Source: an uncultured Thermococci archaeon
GTDB taxonomy: Archaea > CAYQAE01 > CAYVLA01
Assembly: GCA_964549615.1 (NCBI GenBank)
Contig: CAZJVP010000104.1
Location: forward strand, 56,985-88,984
DNA length: 32,000 nucleotides
Reading direction: 5' to 3'
The notes under the pieces are model-generated. The model saw only the letters and a program-made list of their open reading frames with translations, searched no databases and was not told the origin of the DNA. The position numbers were made by a program, and so were the translations under genes. Positions 16,092-23,835 of this stretch are shown piece after piece (position 1 is the stretch's first letter; each line of letters opens with the position of its first letter).

Positions 16092-16991
16092 CTAAAGATT
16101 GTTTCGCTTCAGCCGGCCCGAGCCGCTGTCTGCGAGGAAGTACGCTAGGGTGAAGTCGGCCAAGGTGAGGCCCAAGGACTTGACGAGTTCGGTCGGGTCC
16201 CTGAACTGCTGCGGGGTCTTGTGGTAGTCGCTGCCAAGGCTGAAGCCTAGGCCGAGGTGTTTCAGCCTCAGGCAGGTGCGACGCAGGAGCTTGAGCAGGT
16301 GGGGATGCGTCGCGGCCGTGTACAGGTCGCCGTAGTTTAGCTCTATGTATAGCCCGTCGGTCTCAACATGGTCGACGAAGCTGGCGATGTCTTCCGCCGT
16401 GAGGAGTTCTTCGTTCGCCAGGTCCCCCTTAGCATGGATTGCAGTCCTGAGTTCCTGAAGGCGCCTGTGAAATGGATGGAATAGGACCGCTGGTTTGTTC
16501 AGCGGGCGGCACACGCTGAGGAGTTCCCGGGCCCTACGAGCCAGGTGTTCGCCCAACGAGGCGTTCTCATAGTGCCGATAGGTCGGGTCGTGGCAGCTGG
16601 TGTTCATGTGGCACCCCACGAAGTCAGGACGTCGAATGAAATCCCTGCTGACCCTGAGGATATCCCACTCGCCGACCTCCAGGCCGCTGTAGATCGAGGC
16701 AGTTCCACGGAAGGCGCTTTTCATCTCATCGACCTCCCTGTAGAAATCCATGAGTCCTTCCGTCGAGCTTCGGTAGATCACCTGACCATGTTCGGCCTTC
16801 AGAGCCGCATCCCCGATTTCATACAACTCGGAGTGGTCGAGCAACCCGAGAAAACTTATGCCGTTGTCGATGAAGCTCTGCACGAGGTGCTTCATCGGCA
16901 CATCTCTCTCCTGCCCAGCATGGAGGTGAAGGTCTATCTCCTTGATGGATTTCGGAGGCGTTGGGTCAGGTGATCTCTTGGACCGAGACAT
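16092..16991 (-). CDS. PHP-family metal-dependent phosphoesterase, substrate unknown
   Basis: About 299 aa from ATG 16991; the track starts at TTG 16997. IDLHLHAG (HxH), LLDHSE, GLEVGE, VGCHMN, LFHPFH, LGSDYH. This is a PHP-like series of metal ligands. Lies 28 nt upstream of the CDP-alcohol transferase gene. Confidence 0.6.
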   Translation of the reverse strand: MSRSKRSPDPTPPKSIKEIDLHLHAGQERDVPMKHLVQSFIDNGISFLGLLDHSELYEIGDAALKAEHGQVIYRSSTEGLMDFYREVDEMKSAFRGTASIYSGLEVGEWDILRVSRDFIRRPDFVGCHMNTSCHDPTYRHYENASLGEHLARRARELLSVCRPLNKPAVLFHPFHRRLQELRTAIHAKGDLANEELLTAEDIASFVDHVETDGLYIELNYGDLYTAATHPHLLKLLRRTCLRLKHLGLGFSLGSDYHKTPQQFRDPTELVKSLGLTLADFTLAYFLADSGSGRLKRNNL

Positions 16992-17169
16992 CGTCAACCC
17001 ACGTCCTCTGATGAGTCCTGCACGGACACGGTGGTTGTGTCTGCTCTGCCAATATTCTCGCTAACGTCCCTAGCCGAATTGGCCAGATGTTCGACCGGAT
17101 CACTATCTCCGCAGATCTCGGGCGGCATGAGTTGTTCACCAAAGCGACGGGTATATGGTCCTTTTCGGG

Positions 17170-17967
17170 CTAGCGGCGGCCGATGCCCAGCAGTCTGGCT
17201 ATCTCGTCCCCGCGGCTTGTGCGGAATTCCTCGGCGTACTTCACACCGATCCTCTTCCCTATCTCGGAGTTCATTCTCCGGATGGCTGCGTCCACGACGG
17301 GTCGGTAGCGCTTCGGGTCGATCTTTCGGTATGCAGACGGACGAATCCCTTGGGCCTTGATCGCGTTCAAGGCGCCCGCCAGAAGGAACTCCATCTGGGT
17401 TCGGTGGCAGCATAGGGCTTTGATCTTGTCTTTGATGGTCTCGGTTATGTCGACCACCTCATTGGCATCCACATGGTGCTTGGCGATGTAGTAGCTCTTT
17501 GCGACGTTGGGCAGCTTCGTTTCTCCAACCAACTGCTCCGGATGGTACAGGGGCAGGCCGGCGAAGCCCGCTGCCTCCGTGGCAGCCAGGCCGGTTATCC
17601 TGTGGTCCTGATGGGTTTCGAAGGGCGCGAATGGGTCCCAAGTGATGATGGCGTCCGGCCGGCGCTTTCTCAGCTGGGCCATGATCTTCTCCCGAATCTC
17701 ATTGAACCTGTAGTCCGCAAGCATCCCGTCCGAGTACCCCAAGAAGGTCACCGACTTGACGCCTAGGACTTCCGCTGCCTGTAACGCTTCTTCGCGCCGC
17801 GTCTCTATCAGGTCCTCGCTTTTCAGCTCATAGGACCCTCTCTCTCCGTTGGTGACTATGACCTCTCTGACCTCTGCGCCCTCCTGAACCATTTTCCGCA
17901 CGGTGCCTCCGGCAAAGAACTCCATGTCGTCTGGGTGCGCCACGATGGCCAAGACCTTTCGGGGCAA
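17170..17967 (-). CDS. PIG-L/LmbE-family N-acetylglucosaminyl deacetylase
   Basis: 265 aa, TTG start preceded by GAGGTGA. VLAIVAHPDDMEFFAGGT (AHPDD motif), HQDHRITG (HxDH). Confidence 0.8.
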   Translation of the reverse strand: MPRKVLAIVAHPDDMEFFAGGTVRKMVQEGAEVREVIVTNGERGSYELKSEDLIETRREEALQAAEVLGVKSVTFLGYSDGMLADYRFNEIREKIMAQLRKRRPDAIITWDPFAPFETHQDHRITGLAATEAAGFAGLPLYHPEQLVGETKLPNVAKSYYIAKHHVDANEVVDITETIKDKIKALCCHRTQMEFLLAGALNAIKAQGIRPSAYRKIDPKRYRPVVDAAIRRMNSEIGKRIGVKYAEEFRTSRGDEIARLLGIGRR

Positions 17968-17971
17968 GGAA

Positions 17972-18769
17972 TCACCTCTGCATTCGCTTCGAGATACGGG
18001 AACATATGATGAATGCTGCTGCTGCGGCTCCGAAGCCGTTGTCGATGTTGGTCACGACGAGGCCTGGCACACATGAGTTGAGCATCGATATGAGGGCGGA
18101 CTGCCCCGCCATATAGCCGTAGCCGATTGAAGTGGGAACGCCTATGACCGGCACGTCGACAAGCCCCTTGATCACAGAAGGCAGCGCCCCCTCCATTCCC
18201 GCCACAACGATCAATACGTCGACGTCCTCGTCGACCATCTTCTTCAGCGGCAGGAAGAGGCGGTGCAAGCCCGCTACGCCCACGTCGCAGGCCATCATGG
18301 TCTTGAGCCCGGACTCCTCGCAGACGACCTGGGCTTCCTCGGCCACGGGGATGTCGGAGGTTCCGGCGGCGATTATTCCGACGCGGCATCCCAGGTCCGG
18401 AGGCTTCGAGCCCTTCCTCTTGGCCACTAGGAGTGCTGAATCCTCATGGTAGTCGAGGTCGTATTTGGCATCATGGAGGCCCCCCCGTCTTGCGAGCACG
18501 GCAACCTGCTTCACCTTCTGGGCGTCCAGCCTCGTTACGAAGATTCGGTCCCGCTTCTGCAGAACGGTTCCTAGGATCTTGGCGATGTCGCTGGGGGTCT
18601 TCTTGATGGCAAGCACCGCTTCGGGGAATCCTGCCCTTGCGTCCCTAGCGAGATCGTAGGCGAATCTGCCCTCTAGGGTCTCGAGGTGATCGAGCCTCAA
18701 TTGGCGAAGGAGCTCTTCCTCGGAGACTTCGCCATTCTTGTACCGCTTCAGGAGTTCATTGAGTTCCAA
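17972..18769 (-). CDS. larB: LarB-like pyridinium-3,5-biscarboxylic acid mononucleotide synthase (PurE-fold AIR-carboxylase-related)
   Basis: 265 aa. N-terminal helical region (YKNGEVSEEELLRQL), PurE-like core VGIIAAGTSDIPVAEEA, and later VVAGMEGALPSVIKGL...VIGVPTSIGYG. Confidence 0.78.
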   Translation of the reverse strand: MELNELLKRYKNGEVSEEELLRQLRLDHLETLEGRFAYDLARDARAGFPEAVLAIKKTPSDIAKILGTVLQKRDRIFVTRLDAQKVKQVAVLARRGGLHDAKYDLDYHEDSALLVAKRKGSKPPDLGCRVGIIAAGTSDIPVAEEAQVVCEESGLKTMMACDVGVAGLHRLFLPLKKMVDEDVDVLIVVAGMEGALPSVIKGLVDVPVIGVPTSIGYGYMAGQSALISMLNSCVPGLVVTNIDNGFGAAAAAFIICSRISKRMQR

Positions 18770-19111
18770 ACCGGATCCCGCCTTTGAACCCTCGCAGATA
18801 ACGCCTCAAACGGCACCCCGAGCTTTGGATTCCGCCGCGGAACATCCGATCTGGACCCCGGGCGGGACCGGCTCGAGGCCGAACGTTCTTTCCAGACTCT
18901 TTCCCCTGATAAGTGGATTCCTCGGGCCGTCCCCTTCCGGGAAGCCCAACCGAGGGTAGACTGCCGGACCCTTTTTCTTGTCGTAGTAGGAAAGTAGGAA
19001 AGTATAGGTTTCGAGGGTCTTGGGGTTAGAGGTGGGAGACGGAGGTAGTTGAGAAGGAGTGGAGGGTGATGGACAGGGTGGCAAGGAAGAGTTTAACGCT
19101 TCGACCATTGC

Positions 19112-20279
19112 TTGGTCGATGTGAGTATTAGCATCAAAGAGATCTTCCTTGCCAACCGCCGGAACCGGCAAACCAAAGATGAATATCACTTCATGGTCAG
19201 GCCTGTTGAGAGAGAAGAAGTAGAAAGGATGCTCAAGTGCAAAGACACCCAGGGACACACAACATACGAATGCCCAAAGTCCGGATACATCACAACCATA
19301 CCCTTCACCTGTAAGAGCCGCCTATGCGCTGTCTGTGGGAAGAAGCACACCGACGCATGGACTGACAAGGTCAGCAAAGAGCTCTTGGAAGTGACTCATC
19401 GACACATGGTCTTCACCATGCCGGACAAGCTCTGGCCCTACATGGAGCAGCACAGACACCTGCTCAAAGACGTGATGGACACCGTCAAGACAACGCTGGA
19501 GGCCGTGGTAAACCATAGGTGGAAAGCCCTCCAAGTAACGCCAGGGATAATCACGGTGCTCCACACCTACGGCAAGGACCTCAAGTTCAACCCCCCACAT
19601 CCACGCCATAGTGACAGAGGGAGGACTGCGGGAGAAGGAAAGAGATCCCTGCAACAGGGAGAGGTGGGTGGATGTGAGCTTCTTTCCCTACGAGAAGCTT
19701 AGGGAGGTGTGGCAGTACCAGCTCCTTACAACGATCAGGGATAAGCTTCCCTACGACAAGGAGCTTCACAGACTCCTGGACGAGCTCTACCGGGAGAAGG
19801 AGAACGGGTTCTACGTCTTTGCCAAGAGACGGATCCAGGGAAAACAGAAGGAGTTCATCTGCAGATACGTGGCAAGGTACGTCCGGCATCCAGCTATAGC
19901 TGAGACCCGCATAGACAGCTACGACCCGGAGACAAGGATGGTGGAGTTCTGGTACAGACACGACGACGACACAGAGACGGTGAGCATGCATGTCCACGAG
20001 TTCATAGGCAAGCTGGTATCACACATACCGCCCAGGCAGTTCAAGACCATAAGGTACTACGGGCTGTATGCCAGGAACAAGAAGAAGATCCAGGACGTAC
20101 TGATAGGGCTGAAGAGGTTCGCCAGAAAGCTCAGACAACTAGGCCTACACCGCTACACCAGAACATGTCCATGGCAACCAAGCCTGGAACCCGTCTGTCC
20201 AGAGTGCGGAACCAGGATGAAGTTCGTATCCCTCTACCTACCCGGCCAAGGATACATCACACCAGAAGACAGCACCTAA
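19112..20279 (+). pseudogene. IS91-family Y2 (HUH) transposase, interrupted by a +1 frame change at a C6 run (19591-19596)
   Basis: Track ORFs 19112..19702 and 19611..20279 together form one protein. N-terminal Zn-binding-like region: YECPKSGYITTIPFTCKSRLCAVCGKK. Then HMVFTMP...ITVLHTYGKDLKFNP. After the shift: HIHAIVTEGGL (HUH motif, 19596-19604) and C-terminal FKTIRYYGLYARN (double-Tyr motif, 20055-20069). Final CPECG zinc ribbon. Confidence 0.8.
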
Positions 20280-20285
20280 CCAGTT

Positions 20286-20305
20286 GCAGCGAAGCTGCTT
20301 TTCTT
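20286..20305 (+). terminator. hairpin plus T-run downstream of the transposase stop (terminator-like, or an IS end structure)
   Basis: GCAGC gaa GCTGC followed by TTTTCTT, 7 nt after the TAA at 20277-20279. Confidence 0.35.
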
Positions 20306-20327
20306 GGCGCGAGGAGCTGAGCTAGTG

Positions 20328-20340
20328 TGAAATATTTATC
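20328..20340 (+). promoter_or_regulatory. BRE/TATA box of the hydrogenase operon
   Basis: tGAAATATTTATC lies about 52 nt upstream of ATG 20392. GGAGGT at 20381-20386 is 5 nt before the ATG. The core is nearly identical to cGAAATATTTATA at 5938-5950. Confidence 0.55.
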
Positions 20341-20391
20341 AAAGCGATCCCGAGTCTGCGCTCCAAGCGATGGAACCTTCGGAGGTCGCAG

Positions 20392-20703
20392 ATGTTCGCT
20401 TCCCGCGTGGCGTACGGTATTGCCTACCTCATCGACATTGCTTGGAACATGCTGCTCTCGGCCTTGAATACGGCCAAGGTGTGTCTGAGCGGGAAGATCG
20501 CCGTCACCGTCATCGAGATCGACACCGTTCTAACGAAGGAGGTTAGCCAGACCCTCCTTGCGAACAGCATAACGCTAACCCCCGGCACGATGACGATAGA
20601 CATCGACCATGCGGCCCGCAGGCTTCGCGTCGCCGCTCTGACCCCGCGGCCGAAGGAGGCAATCATCCCCTTTGAGAAGTACATCAAGGGGATGCTGGAG
20701 TGA
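20392..20703 (+). CDS. energy-converting hydrogenase membrane subunit, MrpE/MnhE-like
   Basis: 103 aa. LLANSITLTPGTMTIDID is the MnhE-type signature. First gene of the operon. Confidence 0.7.
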   Translation: MFASRVAYGIAYLIDIAWNMLLSALNTAKVCLSGKIAVTVIEIDTVLTKEVSQTLLANSITLTPGTMTIDIDHAARRLRVAALTPRPKEAIIPFEKYIKGMLE

Positions 20704-20707
20704 TCGG

Positions 20708-21001
20708 ATGCCGTTCCTTCATGAGGTGGCGGCGTTCGTCTTCGACCTTGGGAAATACCTGCTTTTCATCGCGCTTTCCATCGCATTTCTGACGGGATCT
20801 CGCCTAGTTGCAAGAAAGGGATCCACGACCTCTCTTGTCGGAGCGAACGCAGCCACGATATCGCTGGGGACGGCGCTCATCCTTCTAGGCCGCGAGTTCG
20901 ACATCGCCTATACCAGGGAGATCACCTTCGCCCTGATCCTATTCGGGGCCGTGGGCATCATCACCTTCGCTAGGATTCTTAGGGAGGGGACGATTCGTTG
21001 A
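20708..21001 (+). CDS. hydrogenase membrane subunit, MrpF/MnhF-like
   Basis: About 97 aa from ATG 20708 (track start 20672 overlaps the previous gene). Three hydrophobic helices. Assigned from its position after the MrpE-like gene and the MnhF-like size. Confidence 0.55.
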   Translation: MPFLHEVAAFVFDLGKYLLFIALSIAFLTGSRLVARKGSTTSLVGANAATISLGTALILLGREFDIAYTREITFALILFGAVGIITFARILREGTIR

Positions 21002-21288
21002 GCGCGCTTGCGGCCACGATCGAACTCCTGCAGGGCTTGGTGATGATCGCTGGTTCGATCATGATCATGATATCTTGCGTTGGTCTTTGGAGGTTCAAGG
21101 ATGACGTCGCGAACGTTCTCTACGGGAGGATACACATTGTGGGCATCATCGATGTGACCTGCATCGCCGTGCTCTTGGTTCTGGACTACCCGCTGGTGGC
21201 GCTGACCTACTTCCTGCTCATGCCCGTGGTGGGCCACGCCGTCGGCAATGCGCGGTACTACATGGTCAAGGAGGCGAGGGAGGAATGA
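20998..21288 (+). CDS. hydrogenase membrane subunit, MrpG/MnhG-like
   Basis: 96 aa. TTGA start/stop overlap. GLWRFKDDVANVLYGRIHIVG resembles the MnhG R-x-D...R-x-H region. Confidence 0.6.
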   Translation: MSALAATIELLQGLVMIAGSIMIMISCVGLWRFKDDVANVLYGRIHIVGIIDVTCIAVLLVLDYPLVALTYFLLMPVVGHAVGNARYYMVKEAREE

Positions 21289-21542
21289 GCTTCCCATTTG
21301 CGGACCTGCCGGTGTACGCGCTTCTGATCGCATCCGTGTCGGTGGCGATCCTAGCGCTCTTGCCTAAGGATCTTTACAAAGCCGTGATCGTTGGCGGCGG
21401 GATTGAGGGGCTGTCCCTGGCTGTGCTGTATCAGAGGTTGCTCGCCCCCGACGTATCCATCACGCAGGCGATACTTGCATCGGCGCTTCTCCCCGCCCTG
21501 ATGTTCATAGCCGTGTACAAGACTTGCCGGTGGGAGACTTGA
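21285..21542 (+). CDS. hydrogenase membrane subunit, DUF4040 / MbhD-like (MrpB N-terminal-like)
   Basis: 85 aa. ATGA overlap. LLAPDVSITQAILASAL resembles the APDVA-T-E motif of DUF4040. Confidence 0.5.
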   Translation: MSFPFADLPVYALLIASVSVAILALLPKDLYKAVIVGGGIEGLSLAVLYQRLLAPDVSITQAILASALLPALMFIAVYKTCRWET

Positions 21543-21961
21543 GCCTCCTCAACATCCAGGTCGCATCGTTCATTGGCTCGGTGAGCCTGATCCTGATAGG
21601 GCTCGTGGCGATCCTGTTCATAGACAATCTGATCAAGAAAGTCCTCGGGATGATGTTCCTGACGGACGGAGTGAACCTGTTCTTGGTCACCCTGGGATAC
21701 AGGCTCGATGTGCCGGGAGGGGCGATCGTCCCGATATTCACCGAGGCCTTCTACAGGGCCGAGAATGCATCCATGCAGGTTGCGGCGACGGACTTTGCAG
21801 GCAAGGCCAGTTTCTGCCTGCCGTATGCCCTGGTGCTGACGAACATCGTCATCGGAGCCGCGACCACGGCGGTCGTCCTAGGCCTCATCATCAAGCTGTA
21901 CCAGAAGCACAGAAGCCTGAACGCGTCCGAGGTGCTTGGTGAGGTGGTGGAGCATGGCTAG
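21524..21961 (+). CDS. hydrogenase membrane subunit, MrpC/NuoK-like
   Basis: 141-145 aa. Candidate starts are TTG 21524, GTG 21530 and TTG 21539; the last overlaps the previous stop as TTGA. GMMFLTDGVNLFLVTLGYR and LPYALVLTNIVIGAATTAV match the MnhC pattern. Confidence 0.6.
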   Translation: MPVGDLSLLNIQVASFIGSVSLILIGLVAILFIDNLIKKVLGMMFLTDGVNLFLVTLGYRLDVPGGAIVPIFTEAFYRAENASMQVAATDFAGKASFCLPYALVLTNIVIGAATTAVVLGLIIKLYQKHRSLNASEVLGEVVEHG

Positions 21962-23492
21962 CCCGCTCTTCTCGACCAAGGAACTCGTGCCCCTCTTCGT
22001 GGTGATCCCGATCCTAGCCGCGGTTCTTTCGAACTTCCTTTACAAGAGGAGCAGGGCGGTCAAGGTCTTGGCCGGATGCGTGATGCTCGTTCTGGTTCTG
22101 TTGCCCTTCTTCACGTCCTTCCAGAGCAACTACTACGTCTACGGGGCCCACCCGCAGGTGAACTACGTTCTCAAGGAGGGTGTGGCCATGGCCTTCAACC
22201 TCGGGATCGCATACCAGTACACTCAGCTGCAGATGGTTCTGTTGATGGCGTTCACCCTGATGTCGGCGCTCAGCGTGGGCGTCGCATTCGTCATGCACGA
22301 CCGCGTCTCGGGGGTGTATATCTTCCTAATCCTCATGGCGATATCAAGTGCCTGTGCGGTTTGCTTGGTCGACGACGTATTCAACATGTTCGTCTTCTTC
22401 GAGATATGCACGGTGGCTCAAGCGGGGATAGTGGCTTGGCTGAGTGAGGGGAATGCCTTCAGGACGTCGCTTAAGTACATGCTTCTTGGCTCGGTTGCTG
22501 GTGGGATGCTTCTCCTGGGGATAGCCTTCCTGCTGGGATCAACGGGCGTCCTGAACGTATCGGATATGTTTGAGTACTTCTCAACCACGGCTACGAGGCG
22601 CGATGCCCCGATCGTCTTCATGGGACTAGCCCTGCTCATCTTCGCATGGTGCTACGGAGGCGGTCTGCCGCCCTTCCACACCATCAAGTCCGAACTGTAC
22701 TCCAGGGCTTCGGCCGAGGCGGGCGCCGTGCTGCAAGCCATCTCCAAGGTCCTGTTGATCTCCGTGGGCGTGATAGTTGCCCGGCTATTCTTCTGGCAGG
22801 ACGTTACCTGGCAGTCGATGATGATACTGTCGACGTTCGGCATGATGATCGGCGGCGCGATGGCCATGGTGCAGAACGACTATAGGAGGCTCATAGCGTA
22901 TGTGGCGGTCAACCAGGCGGGAATCGTGGGAATAGGGCTTTCCTTCTTCCGAAGGCTGCCGCAGTATGGGACGATGGGGCCGTTGTACCTCTGGGGCCAC
23001 GAAGGCATGGCCTACGGGATCTTCCACGGGTTCAACGAGATCATAGTCACATCGGCGCTTTTCATCAGCGCGGCGGTGTTGCTGCGTACATTCGGGCACA
23101 CCGATATGACCAAGCTATGCGGCATGTTGCAGCGCAACAAGGAGTTTGCCTTGTTGACCCTGATCTCTATGCTGGCGGTGTCGGGCATGCCGCCTCTGAA
23201 CTGCTTCCAGAGCGAGTGGCGGCTCATACAGTTCGCATTCTCCCACGGGTTCACAACGATAGGCTTGCTCATGGTCGTGAGCACGGTGATGGTCTTTTAC
23301 GCCCTCGCGAAAGCCTTCGTGCTGGTGTTCCTCCGTCCCGGCCCTGCTGAACAGGCGAAGCCCCTTCAGATCCCATTTGCAATGACCCTCGCCCTCATGG
23401 TGGCAGTTGTCCTTGAGGTGTTCTTCGGCCTGTTCCCAGACGTGGCCCTTGACCCCATCTCAGCAGGACTCACAGCACTGTTCGGAGGTTGA
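21954..23492 (+). CDS. hydrogenase antiporter-like subunit, MrpD/NuoN/MbhH-like
   Basis: About 512 aa from ATG 21954 (track start 21936). About 14 TM segments. Mid-helix charged residues in FVFFEICTV and GLPPFHTIKSELY are typical of complex I antiporter-like subunits. It is the only such subunit in the operon. Confidence 0.8.
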   Translation: MASPLFSTKELVPLFVVIPILAAVLSNFLYKRSRAVKVLAGCVMLVLVLLPFFTSFQSNYYVYGAHPQVNYVLKEGVAMAFNLGIAYQYTQLQMVLLMAFTLMSALSVGVAFVMHDRVSGVYIFLILMAISSACAVCLVDDVFNMFVFFEICTVAQAGIVAWLSEGNAFRTSLKYMLLGSVAGGMLLLGIAFLLGSTGVLNVSDMFEYFSTTATRRDAPIVFMGLALLIFAWCYGGGLPPFHTIKSELYSRASAEAGAVLQAISKVLLISVGVIVARLFFWQDVTWQSMMILSTFGMMIGGAMAMVQNDYRRLIAYVAVNQAGIVGIGLSFFRRLPQYGTMGPLYLWGHEGMAYGIFHGFNEIIVTSALFISAAVLLRTFGHTDMTKLCGMLQRNKEFALLTLISMLAVSGMPPLNCFQSEWRLIQFAFSHGFTTIGLLMVVSTVMVFYALAKAFVLVFLRPGPAEQAKPLQIPFAMTLALMVAVVLEVFFGLFPDVALDPISAGLTALFGG

Positions 23493-23496
23493 TGTC

Positions 23497-23835
23497 TTGT
23501 CAAGGATCGACGACATATTCGATGAGGTTCTCAGGCTGTCGGCGCAGGTGAAGGAGGGCTCCGGGACCAAGGAGAAGAGCTACGTCGTTGGATCCTTCCT
23601 GGGCATAGAGGTACCAATCATCCTTTTCATCATGGCGCTTTTCTCGTTGGTCAATCTGGGCCTCGCGATTGCCCTCATGGGCATGGCGCTTGCGGTGCTT
23701 CTTTTGGTCAGCAACCTCCCCGCGGGCGTCAAGGTTAGAGTCGAGTCGAGCGATGATTTCGGGTCCATGGCCCTCTACGTCATGGTTGTGTTGTTTGCCT
23801 TGGCGATTCTCATAGCATGGTCGTGGTCGGGATGA
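23497..23835 (+). CDS. small hydrogenase-associated membrane protein, hypothetical
   Basis: About 112 aa from TTG 23497, with GGAGGT 7 nt upstream. The track ORF starts at 23407, inside the previous gene. Three hydrophobic segments. Confidence 0.5.
   Translation: MSRIDDIFDEVLRLSAQVKEGSGTKEKSYVVGSFLGIEVPIILFIMALFSLVNLGLAIALMGMALAVLLLVSNLPAGVKVRVESSDDFGSMALYVMVVLFALAILIAWSWSG

Larger units (their letters stand above)
18960..20310 (+). mobile_element. IS91-like (rolling-circle, HUH/Y2) insertion element; boundaries approximate
   Basis: Visibly lower GC and different codon usage (AGA, AAG, ACA-rich) than the flanks. A single transposase gene. The 8-mer TTTTCTTG occurs at 18973-18980 and 20299-20306. 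The GCAGC-gaa-GCTGC hairpin at 20286-20298 is followed by TTTTCTTG. The ends are not proven. Confidence 0.5.

Noticed and set aside
18806-19258. 150-aa minus-strand track ORF overlapping the transposase 5' end.
   Set aside because: The upstream 50 codons (19109-19258) are antisense to the conserved N-terminus of the IS91-like transposase. Only the part from ATG 19108 downward is even arguable, and it is reported as a low-confidence finding.
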